From NCBI GenBank assembly GCA_965222375.1, contig CBDCTZ010000016.1, positions 1,088,001 to 1,152,000 on the forward strand: a stretch of DNA of 64,000 bases. Direction: 5' to 3'. How positions within the stretch are numbered: the stretch's first letter is position 1; each line of letters starts with the position of its first letter. This document shows, one piece after another, positions 54,187 to 64,000 of this stretch. Source of the stretch: Polyangiaceae bacterium (GTDB lineage Bacteria; Myxococcota_A; Polyangia; Polyangiales; Polyangiaceae). A program made the translations under genes and the position numbers. A model generated the notes under the pieces. It saw only the letters and a program-made list of their open reading frames with translations. It was not told the origin of the DNA and made no database searches.

Positions 54187-55322
54187 TACCCAAAGAAGTT
54201 TTCGAAGAATCATTGATGGAGTTCTTCGCTCCGGTGCGTCCGTTCATGGACGACCCGAAAGTGAGCGAGATCATGATCAACGGTCCAGACCAGGTGTTCA
54301 TCGAGCGCGGCGGCCAGCTGGAGCTCACGGATGTGAAGTTCGACGGGGCAGAATCCTTGCTCGCGGCCTTGCGCAATGCTGCCCAGTTCGCTGGGAAGTT
54401 CGTGGACGAGACGCGCCCAATTCTCGAAGGGCGATTGCCCGATGGGTCGCGGCTGCAAGCCCTAGTGGCGCCAGTCGCGACCGGGGGGCCTTACATCGCG
54501 ATACGCCGATTCTTCAAAGAGACACTCACGGTGCAACGCCTGATCGGATTCGGAGCGTTGACGACAGACGCGGCGCAGGCTCTCGAGGCGCTCGTGGTGT
54601 CGAAGCTGAACGTCATCATCGCGGGTGGAACGGGCAGCGGCAAGACCTCCATGCTGAACGCCTTGTCGGCCTACATTCCAGATGGCGAACGCGTCGTCGT
54701 GATTGAGGATTCCAAAGAGGTGCAGCTACAACGAACTCATGTCGTGCAGCTGGAGTCTCGGGCGCCAGACGTGCATGGCCGAGGCGCGGTGGCCATTCGG
54801 GACCTGTTCCGCGCAACGCTGCGCATGCGCCCCGACCGGATCATCATTGGTGAGATTCGTGGAGGGGAGGCCCTCGACATCGTGCAGGCCATGACCAGTG
54901 GTCACGGTGGCTGCATGGGTACGTGCCACGCAACTTATCCGCGAGATACCCTCACGCGACTCGAGACGATGTGCATGATGAGCGACATCGACATGCCGCT
55001 CACCGCCATGCGCGTGCAGCTCGGTTCGGGTATCAACATTATCTGTCAGGTGTCGCGTCTGCAGGATGGGTCCCGTAAGGTCACGCATATTACTGAAGTG
55101 CTCGGCTTCAGTATCGAGACTGGTCGCTACGACACCCAAGACATCTTTCGGCGCGAATACCAGGGGCTATCGCCTGAGGGCAAAGTGCAGAGCGAGTTCG
55201 TGGCGACCGGGGTCGTGCCGAAGTGTATCGATCAGTTGCACGAGCATGGTGTGGACCTGCCGGCAGTGGTCTACGAGGCTGCCCGCCGTCGGGGAGATGC
55301 TCCTGCAGCACCGCAACGCTGA
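54183..55322 (+). CDS. cpaF: Second, short CpaF/TadA-family ATPase
   Basis: DPKVSEIMINGP, GGTGSGKTS, VIEDSKEV, MRPDRIIIGEIRG, GHGGCMGTCHA. Confidence 0.92.
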   Translation: MIPKEVFEESLMEFFAPVRPFMDDPKVSEIMINGPDQVFIERGGQLELTDVKFDGAESLLAALRNAAQFAGKFVDETRPILEGRLPDGSRLQALVAPVATGGPYIAIRRFFKETLTVQRLIGFGALTTDAAQALEALVVSKLNVIIAGGTGSGKTSMLNALSAYIPDGERVVVIEDSKEVQLQRTHVVQLESRAPDVHGRGAVAIRDLFRATLRMRPDRIIIGEIRGGEALDIVQAMTSGHGGCMGTCHATYPRDTLTRLETMCMMSDIDMPLTAMRVQLGSGINIICQVSRLQDGSRKVTHITEVLGFSIETGRYDTQDIFRREYQGLSPEGKVQSEFVATGVVPKCIDQLHEHGVDLPAVVYEAARRRGDAPAAPQR

Positions 55323-55386
55323 ACAAGTGCCCAATTCTGTGGAATTGAGGGTTTCCCTGCCACTCGTGCTATAGCTCTCATGAATA

Positions 55387-57198
55387 GTGGCTGCGCAGAA
55401 CCTAGTCGTTCATGCACGAGGCGGAAGCACCGACCGCCCGGCTGTCGCCCTAAGTTCGGGGCGACCCGTTGAGGCCTTCAGCGTAGGAAGTTCCGGTTCC
55501 TGGAGCATTCGGGCGCCCGGCCTGGCGCCCACGCATGCCTACCTTTTTTTTGACGGTCAGCAGCTCTTTGTGGCGGGCGCCCCCGGCGCGGACGTGCGAC
55601 TAGGAAACGCGCCGGTTGGCGCGGATTGGGTGGCCGTGAACGTGCCTGGGGACATCCTGCTGGGCGGGTTGACACTTTCAGTGCGCCCGCAGGAGCAAAC
55701 CCAACGGCCGGGCCCAGGTGCGCGCTCCCCGCAAGCATTGCCTCGTGCGCAACCGGGGCCTGAGCCGCGAGGGCGACCTGCACAAACCTCGCAGCCGGGA
55801 TCTGCGCGCCAACCTCAATGGGGCCCTGGCGGTCAGCACCAGGTTGACCCTCGCCGCAAGTCGACATCCGGAGCTGGGGCTCCACCACAATCTGGTCCTG
55901 GGACGCGCGCACGAATCCCCGAGCCGCAGGCCGTCCCAGCGGTTCGTGCCGGCGCAGCGCACCCGGGCGGGGATGCGCCAGGCCGGCCCGGTGATCGATC
56001 GTCCCAGCCCGCCCAACAAGTCGGTCACACGGACTACAATGAGGCGGACGACGCTCCGACCGCCTTTCAACCTATTCCGCCGGAGTTTCTCGAGGAGGAA
56101 TCTGCGTCCGAAAAGACCACCGTCATGCCGGCTGGTGGTCAACCGATGCCGGCGCCAGAGTCGTCGCCCCGTCCGGCTGCTGGCGTGCCTGCGTCAGCTT
56201 CACAGCCCAAGCCATCGCGACCTGAACGCCCCGCACCGCCGTCGAGTCCCCCTGCATCGGGTGGCGAAGCGACGGTGGTGAAACCTCTGGAGGAGTTCTT
56301 GGCTGAGTCTGGAGGTGGTGCGCCGCAGCCGCTACCCGCTCCCACGGGACCTCCCCAGGGCGCCCGGGGCGTATACATCCAGCCACCGGAGCCAACCATG
56401 CCGCCGGGGGGCGAGCACCTCTGGAACTTGAGGATGCAGCAACAGCGAGGCGGCGCCCAGCAATCGAGCGCGCAGGGCCCGGCACCCGGAGTACCCGGCC
56501 ACGTGCGTCAGGGGGACGCGGTGCCGGTCGGGCCGGGCCAAGGGTATCCCGGCCAAGGGCACCCCGGCCCAGGTCAGATGCAGCCCGGCCCAGGTCAGAT
56601 GCAGCCCGGCCCAGGTCAGATGCAGCCCGGCCCAGGGCACCCGAGCGAAGGCCAACCGGGTCCAGCTCAGCTGCATCCGGGCCAGGCGCACCCAGGCCAG
56701 ATGCCGCCCGGTCAACCAGCTCCAGGCGGCAAACCGAGCCCTGTTGATGAAGTCGTCAATTGGTGGCGATCCGCGTCTATTCCGCGTCGGATCATGGTGT
56801 TCCTCGCGCCGCTCGGGATGATCTCCTTCTATCTGATCTTCTTCAACGACCCAGCGGCTCAGCGTCGGCGACCGCGGCCCAGCCCATCGGCGTCGACCTC
56901 CGCCGGCCAGTCCGCCTCGGCCCCACCGCCGAGCGCGAGCCTAGCCGTTCCGCCGCTGGTGGCTGCAGATGCCGCAGCGACGAGCCCGCCGCCCGCACCG
57001 GATGCAGCAGCCGTGGCGCCGGTGAGCGACTCGGGCGAGCCAGACCCGAGGATTCGAGCGGCAGTTGATGCGGTCGCGGCCGGCGAGTTCGAGAAGGCCG
57101 CCGGCCTCTACAGGAAACTCGCCGAGAGCTACCCGAACGACCCTGCCTACAAGCAGGCGGCCGAAATCCTGGAACGTCGCACAGGCAAGCGGAAGTAG
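55387..57198 (+). CDS. Membrane protein: FHA-like N-terminus, long Pro/Gln/Gly linker, TM helix, C-terminal TPR-like helices
   Basis: FSVGSSGSW.I.APGLAPTHAYL; PGQ repeats; TM IMVFLAPLGMISFYLIFF; AGEFEKAAGLYRKLAESYP. Confidence 0.72.
   Translation: MAAQNLVVHARGGSTDRPAVALSSGRPVEAFSVGSSGSWSIRAPGLAPTHAYLFFDGQQLFVAGAPGADVRLGNAPVGADWVAVNVPGDILLGGLTLSVRPQEQTQRPGPGARSPQALPRAQPGPEPRGRPAQTSQPGSARQPQWGPGGQHQVDPRRKSTSGAGAPPQSGPGTRARIPEPQAVPAVRAGAAHPGGDAPGRPGDRSSQPAQQVGHTDYNEADDAPTAFQPIPPEFLEEESASEKTTVMPAGGQPMPAPESSPRPAAGVPASASQPKPSRPERPAPPSSPPASGGEATVVKPLEEFLAESGGGAPQPLPAPTGPPQGARGVYIQPPEPTMPPGGEHLWNLRMQQQRGGAQQSSAQGPAPGVPGHVRQGDAVPVGPGQGYPGQGHPGPGQMQPGPGQMQPGPGQMQPGPGHPSEGQPGPAQLHPGQAHPGQMPPGQPAPGGKPSPVDEVVNWWRSASIPRRIMVFLAPLGMISFYLIFFNDPAAQRRRPRPSPSASTSAGQSASAPPPSASLAVPPLVAADAAATSPPPAPDAAAVAPVSDSGEPDPRIRAAVDAVAAGEFEKAAGLYRKLAESYPNDPAYKQAAEILERRTGKRK
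56563..56636 (+). repeat. Coding 21-bp perfect tandem repeat x3.5 (PGPGQMQ)
   Basis: CCCGGCCCAGGTCAGATGCAG x3 plus a partial unit. Confidence 0.9.
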
Positions 57199-57241
57199 CG
57201 GGTACTGAACGCACGTGCGGACGGCCCGTTTTTCAGGGGTC

Positions 57242-57269
57242 TTGACTTCCTGCGCCCCGCCGCTACCCT
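57242..57269 (+). promoter_or_regulatory. Putative sigma70-type promoter of the str operon
   Basis: TTGACT-16 nt-TACCCT, about 50 bp upstream of rpsL. Confidence 0.5.
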
Positions 57270-57316
57270 CCGCTCCCCAACTTTTTGGGATAAAGCCTGA
57301 GCTCCAACGAAGAACG

Positions 57317-57715
57317 ATGCCCACAATCCAACAGCTCATCCGACGTGGTCGCAAAGCGATCAAGGACAAGACGGCCTCGCCCGCCTTGCGTTCTTGCCCG
57401 CAGAAACGCGGCGTGTGCGTACGTGTCTACACCACGACACCCAAGAAGCCGAACTCGGCGCTTCGCAAGGTCTGCCGCGTGCGCCTCACCAACGGAATGG
57501 AAGTCACGAGCTACATTCCTGGCGAAGGACACAACCTGCAGGAGCACAGTGTGGTGCTGATTCGTGGAGGCCGCGTGAAGGACTTGCCCGGTGTTCGCTA
57601 CCACGTCGTGCGTGGGACTCTGGATGCCTCTGGCGCTGTTGGGCCAAGCAGTACCAACAAAGCAAACCGCAACCGTAAGCGCTCGAAGTACGGCGTCAAG
57701 AAGCCCAAGCAGTAA
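57317..57715 (+). CDS. rpsL: 30S ribosomal protein S12
   Basis: [32 protein letters not shown]. Confidence 0.99.
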   Translation: MPTIQQLIRRGRKAIKDKTASPALRSCPQKRGVCVRVYTTTPKKPNSALRKVCRVRLTNGMEVTSYIPGEGHNLQEHSVVLIRGGRVKDLPGVRYHVVRGTLDASGAVGPSSTNKANRNRKRSKYGVKKPKQ

Positions 57716-57725
57716 GGATCTCCCA

Positions 57726-58196
57726 ATGCCCCGCCGCCGCGAAGTACCCAAGCGCAAGATCATTCCCGACCCCAAGCACAAGGACAAGCTCGTCGCGAAG
57801 TTCACGAACTCCGTGATGCTCGACGGCAAGAAGTCTGTGGCTGAAGGGATCGTCTACGGCGCCTTCGACATCATCCAGAGCCGGTTCAAGGAGGACCCAT
57901 TGGAGGTGTTCCGGAAGGCCCTCGACAACGTCAAGCCCAAGCTCGAGGTCAAGAGCCGGCGCGTCGGTGGTGCCACCTACCAGGTACCCGTGGAGGTCCG
58001 TCCCGAGCGACGCGTGGCCCTGGCCATGCGTTGGATCGTCCAGTACTCGCGCGCCCGCGGCGAGAAGAGCATGCGCGAGCGTTTAGCCGCCGAGCTCGTC
58101 GACGCAGCGCAGATGCGTGGCAACACCATCAAGAAGAAGGAAGACACTCACAAGATGGCCGACGCCAACAAGGCGTTCGCTCACTACCGTTGGTGA
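57726..58196 (+). CDS. rpsG: 30S ribosomal protein S7
   Basis: [27 protein letters not shown]. Confidence 0.99.
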   Translation: MPRRREVPKRKIIPDPKHKDKLVAKFTNSVMLDGKKSVAEGIVYGAFDIIQSRFKEDPLEVFRKALDNVKPKLEVKSRRVGGATYQVPVEVRPERRVALAMRWIVQYSRARGEKSMRERLAAELVDAAQMRGNTIKKKEDTHKMADANKAFAHYRW

Positions 58197-58256
58197 TTGT
58201 CCACGAGAACCAAGTCCCCGGAGTAGCAACGACGCGATGAACTTTTCGACATAAGG

Positions 58257-58381
58257 ATCGGGTTGCCTTCAAGGCAGCTTGCGAGCTGCCCCGCCGACGG
58301 CGGAAGAAACGCGCACCCCGATACCCCTTCCGGACTTTTAGTGCCCCTCGAACGGAGAGGGAGCCGGTGGCCGGGAGGGGT
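58257..58381 (+). other. Structured rpsG-fusA intergenic region (candidate cis-regulatory or processing RNA)
   Basis: ATCGGGTTGC/GCACCCCGAT encloses GGCAGCT-TGCG-AGCTGCC and CCGCC-GAC-GGCGG; then ACCCCTTCCGG/CCGGGAGGGGT. Confidence 0.45.
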
Positions 58382-58416
58382 TTCGTCTGTCTAACGAGTT
58401 CGAAACACCCTGCACC

Positions 58417-60537
58417 ATGGCCCGCGAAATCGAAATCGAGCGCACTCGCAACATCGGCATCATGGCCCACATCGATGCCGGTAAGACGACCGTCACCGAG
58501 CGCGTTCTTTTCTACACGGGAATCACCCACAAGATCGGTGAGGTGCACGACGGTGCTGCGACCATGGACTGGATGGTCCAGGAGCAGGAGCGCGGGATCA
58601 CGATCACCAGCGCGGCGACCAATTGCTTTTGGACCCCAGACGCGGGCTCCCTGGAGGGCAAGCGGCATCGCATCAACATCATCGACACTCCGGGCCACGT
58701 TGACTTCACGATCGAGGTCGAGCGGAGCTTGCGCGTACTGGATGGCGCTGTTGCGGTATTCGACGGTGGAAATGGCGTCGAACCCCAGAGTGAGACGGTG
58801 TGGCGCCAAGCGGATCGCTACAGCGTGCCGCGCATTGCCTTCATCAACAAGCTGGACAAGCTGGGGGCAGACTTCCAGATGAATCTGGACAGCATGAAGG
58901 ATCGGCTTGGCTGCATCCCGGTGCCGATTCAATGGCCCGTGGGCCAAGAGGACAAGCATCGGGGCATGGTCGATCTGGTGCGCATGGAGGCAGCCATCTT
59001 CGACGATGAGACCCTCGGCGCACAATTCGAGTGGCAGCCCGTCCCCGATGACTTGAAAGAGAAGTGTGGGGAGCTGCGTGAGGCGCTGATCGAAGCCTGC
59101 GCCGACGTGGACGACGCGATCATGGAGAAGTTCCTCGATGGCCGTGCGTCGGACGTGAGTCCTGACGAGATCCACGCGGCGATCCGCAAGGCGACCTGCG
59201 AGTTCAAATTCGTGCCCGTACTCTGCGGCTCTGCCTTCAAGAACAAGGGCGTGCAGCTGCTGCTCGATGCCGTGGTCAACTACCTGCCTTCGCCTTTGGA
59301 TGTCCCGCCTGTTGAAGGTGTGGACCCGAAGAAGGAAGACAAGGTCCTGACGCGGGAGGCTTCCGACGACGCGCCATTCTCTGCGCTGGCATTCAAGGTC
59401 GCCAACGACCCCTTCGTGGGCAACCTCACCTTCTTCCGCGTCTACTCGGGCACCCTCAGCAGCGGCACTTCGGTGCTCAACGCGACCCGGGGCAAGCGCG
59501 AGCGGATCGGTCGCATCCTGCGCATGCACGCCAACAAGCGAGAAGAGCTGAAAGTGTGTGACGCCGGCAACATCTACGCCGCTGTCGGCATGCGGGATAC
59601 GCGCACCGGCGATACCCTATGCAATGAAAAGGCTCCGATCGTTCTGGAACGGATGACCTTCCCGGATCCGGTCATTTCCGTCGCCATCGAGCCGCGCACC
59701 CAGGCAGACCTGGACAAGCTCGGGGTCAGCCTGCAGAAACTGGCCTACGAGGACCCGTCTTTCCGCACCTTCACGAATGAAGAAACCGGCCAAACCATCA
59801 TTGCCGGAATGGGTGAGCTCCACCTCGAAATCATCGTGGACCGCCTGAAGCGCGAGTTCAAAGTGGAGTGCAACGTAGGCAAGCCCGAGGTGGCTTACCG
59901 GGAAGCCATCGCCAAGCACGTGGACGCCGAGGCCAAGTTCGTGCGTCAGTCCGGCGGCCACGGCCAGTACGGCCACGTGAAGATCCGCATGGGGCCTTCC
60001 GAGCGGGGCGCCGGCTTCGTGTTCGAGAACAAGATCGTTGGTGGGACCATCCCCAAGGAGTTCATCCCGTCCGTCGAAAAAGGCATTCGCGAGGCGATGG
60101 CTCGAGGCGTTCTGGCGGGCTACCCGGTGATTGATTGCCAGGCCGAACTCTACGACGGCTCGTATCACGAGGTCGATTCCTCCGGTCCGGCCTTCGAAGT
60201 AGCCGGGTCCCTGGCGTTCCAAGATGGAACCAAGCGCGCGGGGCTGCACCTGCTGGAACCTCTGATGGCCGTCGAAGTGGTGACTCCGGACGCCAACATG
60301 GGCGACGTGATTGGGGACCTCAATTCGCGCCGTGGTCGGATTCAGGGCATGGCGCAGCGAGGCACCAACACCCAGGTCGTGACGGCGGAAGTGCCGCTGG
60401 CGACGATGTTCGGTTACGCCACGGACTTGCGCAGCAAGACCCAAGGCCGAGCCACGTACACCATGCAGTTTTCGCACTACGAGGCCGTGCCCTCGTCAGT
60501 GCAAGAGGAAATCGTCGCCAAGGTAAACGGCGGCTGA
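58417..60537 (+). CDS. fusA: Elongation factor G
   Basis: [44 protein letters not shown]. Confidence 0.99.
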   Translation: MAREIEIERTRNIGIMAHIDAGKTTVTERVLFYTGITHKIGEVHDGAATMDWMVQEQERGITITSAATNCFWTPDAGSLEGKRHRINIIDTPGHVDFTIEVERSLRVLDGAVAVFDGGNGVEPQSETVWRQADRYSVPRIAFINKLDKLGADFQMNLDSMKDRLGCIPVPIQWPVGQEDKHRGMVDLVRMEAAIFDDETLGAQFEWQPVPDDLKEKCGELREALIEACADVDDAIMEKFLDGRASDVSPDEIHAAIRKATCEFKFVPVLCGSAFKNKGVQLLLDAVVNYLPSPLDVPPVEGVDPKKEDKVLTREASDDAPFSALAFKVANDPFVGNLTFFRVYSGTLSSGTSVLNATRGKRERIGRILRMHANKREELKVCDAGNIYAAVGMRDTRTGDTLCNEKAPIVLERMTFPDPVISVAIEPRTQADLDKLGVSLQKLAYEDPSFRTFTNEETGQTIIAGMGELHLEIIVDRLKREFKVECNVGKPEVAYREAIAKHVDAEAKFVRQSGGHGQYGHVKIRMGPSERGAGFVFENKIVGGTIPKEFIPSVEKGIREAMARGVLAGYPVIDCQAELYDGSYHEVDSSGPAFEVAGSLAFQDGTKRAGLHLLEPLMAVEVVTPDANMGDVIGDLNSRRGRIQGMAQRGTNTQVVTAEVPLATMFGYATDLRSKTQGRATYTMQFSHYEAVPSSVQEEIVAKVNGG

Positions 60538-60591
60538 GATTGAGTCACTCCAAGTAGAGAATCTCGGAGAAAGAAAGAAAGAATAGTCCCA

Positions 60592-61782
<1,191 letters not shown>

Positions 61783-61856
61783 GAAAGGCAGCCGTGGGGG
61801 CGTCGCTTCGGCGCCTCCCGGCCTGAGCGGTCACACCGCGAGAACGGACCCCAAAT

Positions 61857-62168
61857 ATGGCTGACACCACCAAGATTCGAATTCGCCTCAAGGCTTTCGA
61901 TCATCAACTACTCGACAAGAGCACCACGGACATTGTGGAGACCGCACGGCGCACCGGCGCCCGCGTGGCAGGACCGATCCCCCTGCCCACCTCCATCCGG
62001 CGCTACACGGTGTTGCGCGGACCTCACGTGGACAAGAAGTCCCGGGAGCAGTTCGAAGTGCGCACCCACAAGCGTCTGATCGACATCCTCGAACCCACAC
62101 CTCAAACCCTCGACGCGCTCATGAAGCTGGACCTATCGGCCGGTGTGGACGTCGAGATCAAGAGCTGA
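61857..62168 (+). CDS. rpsJ: 30S ribosomal protein S10
   Basis: [29 protein letters not shown]. Confidence 0.99.
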   Translation: MADTTKIRIRLKAFDHQLLDKSTTDIVETARRTGARVAGPIPLPTSIRRYTVLRGPHVDKKSREQFEVRTHKRLIDILEPTPQTLDALMKLDLSAGVDVEIKS

Positions 62169-62181
62169 GCCGGAGGCGAAA

Positions 62182-62814
62182 GTGGCAAAGCTAGACGTAT
62201 TCAATCTCAAACGAGAGAAGGTTGGCGAAGTCGACCTTTCGGACGACGTATTCGGGGCGGAGGTCAAAGAGCATCTCCTCCACGAGGTCGTCGTGGCCCA
62301 ACAGGCCGGTGCCCGTGCAGGCACTCGCGCCGGCAAAGAGCGCTCGGCGGTCCGAGGCACCGGCAAGAAACTCTACAAGCAGAAGGGCACAGGTCGTGCG
62401 CGCCACGGTGACCGCAAAGCGGGCATCTTCGTCGGCGGTGGGCGAGCTCATCCCCCGAAGCCCCAAGACTGGTCCAAGCGCCCCCCGCGCCGGGTCCGAT
62501 TGGGAGCGCTGAAGAGTGCGCTTTCCTTGTTCGTCAAGGAAGGCCGAATGGTCGTCGTGGATAGCATCGAGCTCGAAGACATCAAAACGAAGGCATTGGC
62601 CGGCGTTCTGACGACTCTGAAGGCTCCCGCCAAGACCCTGCTCGTCGACGCCAAGGGCAACGACAAGCTTCGTCTGTCGGTCCGCAACATGAAGACAAAC
62701 CAGTTCCTGCCACCGGAAGGCGTCAACGTGTACGACCTCCTGCGGCATGACCATCTCGTGGTCTCCAAGGACGCTGCCAAAGCGCTCGAGGCCCGCTGCT
62801 TGGGGAGTAAGTGA
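62182..62814 (+). CDS. rplD: 50S ribosomal protein L4
   Basis: GGAGG RBS and GTG 62182; KLYKQKGTGRARHG, GGG..H.PKP, NVYDLL. Confidence 0.97.
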   Translation: MAKLDVFNLKREKVGEVDLSDDVFGAEVKEHLLHEVVVAQQAGARAGTRAGKERSAVRGTGKKLYKQKGTGRARHGDRKAGIFVGGGRAHPPKPQDWSKRPPRRVRLGALKSALSLFVKEGRMVVVDSIELEDIKTKALAGVLTTLKAPAKTLLVDAKGNDKLRLSVRNMKTNQFLPPEGVNVYDLLRHDHLVVSKDAAKALEARCLGSK

Positions 62815-63107
62815 TGACACCGGGACAGATCATCAAACGCCCGATCGCGCTCACCGAAAAGGCGGCGCGGTTGAAGGAACAAAACCAGGTCGTGTTCGAG
62901 GTCGATCCGAAGGCGAACAAGATCGAGATCAAGGAAGCCGTGGAATCGCTGTTCGACGTCAAAGTCAAAGACGTGCGGACGGCCATCTTCCGGGGCAAGC
63001 CGAAGCGCATGGGGCGCAAGATTGCCCTGCGGCGTAACTGGAAAAAGGCCGTGGTGACCCTGCGCGACGGCTACGACATTCAATTCTTCGACGAATCGGA
63101 GGAATGA
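62814..63107 (+). CDS. rplW: 50S ribosomal protein L23
   Basis: LTEKA, ANKIEIKEAVE.LF.VKV, WKKAVVTL. Confidence 0.98.
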   Translation: MTPGQIIKRPIALTEKAARLKEQNQVVFEVDPKANKIEIKEAVESLFDVKVKDVRTAIFRGKPKRMGRKIALRRNWKKAVVTLRDGYDIQFFDESEE

Positions 63108-63110
63108 GCC

Positions 63111-63941
63111 ATGGCAATCCGAAAATTCAAGCCGACCTCAGCGGGTCGTCGATTTCAGACTTGCAGCGACTTTTCCGAGGTCACCACGAGGTTGCCCGAG
63201 AAGAGCTTGCTGGAGAAGCAATCCAAGACCGGTGGGCGCAACCACTTCGGTCGCATCACGAGCCGCTTCCGGGGCGGCGGTCACAAGCGTCGCTATCGCA
63301 GCATTGATTTCCGTCGCAACAAGATCGGCGTGCCTGCGAAGGTCGCGCACATCGAGTACGATCCCAACCGCACCGCGCGCATTGCACTGCTCCACTACGC
63401 GGACGGTGAGAAGCGCTACATTCTGGCTCCCGATGGCCTGAAGCAGGGCGACTCGGTCATTTCGAGTCGCAACGCCGACATCCAGCCCGGCAATAGCCTG
63501 CCTCTGCAGGCCATTCCCGCGGGCACGATGATCCACAATGTGGAGCTTCGCTTGGGCAAGGGTGGCCAGTTGGTGCGCTCCGCGGGTGTTGCGGCGCAGC
63601 TGATGGCGAAAGACGGTGCCTACGCGCAGGTCAAGTTGCCCAGCGGCGAGGTGCGCAAGGTGCACATCAAGTGTCGCGCGACGGTGGGTCAGGTCTCGAA
63701 CCTGGAACACCAGAACGTGTCTCTAGGCAAAGCCGGCCGCAAGCGCTGGCTCGGTCGTCGCCCCCACAACCGGGGCGTCAGTATGAACCCAGTCGATCAC
63801 CCCATGGGCGGTGGTGAAGGACGTACCAGCGGCGGTCGGCATCCGTGCTCGCCCTGGGGCAAATTGGCGAAGGGCCTCAAGACCCGCAATAACAAGCGCA
63901 CGGACAACATGATTGTGAAACAGCGAAAGGCGAAGGGCTGA
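63111..63941 (+). CDS. rplB: 50S ribosomal protein L2
   Basis: [26 protein letters not shown]. Confidence 0.99.
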   Translation: MAIRKFKPTSAGRRFQTCSDFSEVTTRLPEKSLLEKQSKTGGRNHFGRITSRFRGGGHKRRYRSIDFRRNKIGVPAKVAHIEYDPNRTARIALLHYADGEKRYILAPDGLKQGDSVISSRNADIQPGNSLPLQAIPAGTMIHNVELRLGKGGQLVRSAGVAAQLMAKDGAYAQVKLPSGEVRKVHIKCRATVGQVSNLEHQNVSLGKAGRKRWLGRRPHNRGVSMNPVDHPMGGGEGRTSGGRHPCSPWGKLAKGLKTRNNKRTDNMIVKQRKAKG

Positions 63942-64000
63942 TGGCGCGCAGTATCAAGAAGGGCCCGTTTTGCGACGGGCATCTGCTAACGAAAATCACG
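63941..64000 (+). CDS. rpsS: 30S ribosomal protein S19 (5' part, truncated by the window end)
   Basis: [10 protein letters not shown]...; TGATG overlap with rplB. Confidence 0.95.
   Translation, partial: MARSIKKGPFCDGHLLTKIT

Noticed and set aside
56563..56636. 21-bp and 18-bp (27261-27332) repeats as CRISPR or regulatory arrays
   Set aside because: Head-to-tail without spacers, unit lengths are multiples of 3, and both lie in-frame within Pro-rich linkers.
13864..57316. Prophage, ICE or IS as explanation for the accessory interval
   Set aside because: No integrase, transposase, relaxase or phage structural gene recognised; the CpaF ATPases sit in Tad context, not conjugative VirB11 context.
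61790..61823. Hairpin between tuf copy 2 and rpsJ as a terminator
   Set aside because: GC stem is present but there is no U-tract; function cannot be assigned.

Overview
High-GC bacterial chromosome segment. Gene content (Gly/Ser-linker Cys-rich lipoproteins, Hanks kinase, GKAD motif, divergent EF-Tu switch I) suggests Myxococcota, probably Polyangia-like; this taxonomy is inferred. Both ends are core translation/transcription clusters: tuf-rpmG-tRNA-Trp-secE-nusG-rplK-rplA-rplJ-rplL-rpoB-rpoC (1-13.9 kb) and rpsL-rpsG-fusA-tuf-rpsJ-rplD-rplW-rplB-rpsS (57.3-64 kb), with rplC absent from its usual place after rpsJ. About 43 kb of accessory DNA separates rpoC from rpsL. (i) A ~10.5 kb block (13.9-24.5 kb) is bracketed by degenerate inverted repeats. 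It holds a duplicated, covarying three-way-junction structure in front of a four-helix-bundle (23S-IVP/Avd-like) gene, wobble-complementary hexamer tracts, a Phd-VapC toxin-antitoxin pair, an EEP/sphingomyelinase-like gene whose likely start is frameshifted across a (GCAC)8 tract, several lipoproteins and an AspH-like hydroxylase. (ii) Mixed envelope, signalling and lipid genes occupy 24.6-42 kb. (iii) A Tad/Flp pilus locus (42.4-57.2 kb) has two intact CpaF ATPases (one FHA-fused), two more FHA-like membrane proteins and no recognisable CpaE/TadZ. I found no integrase, transposase, reverse transcriptase or CRISPR array. All calls come from manual motif reading; no searches were run.
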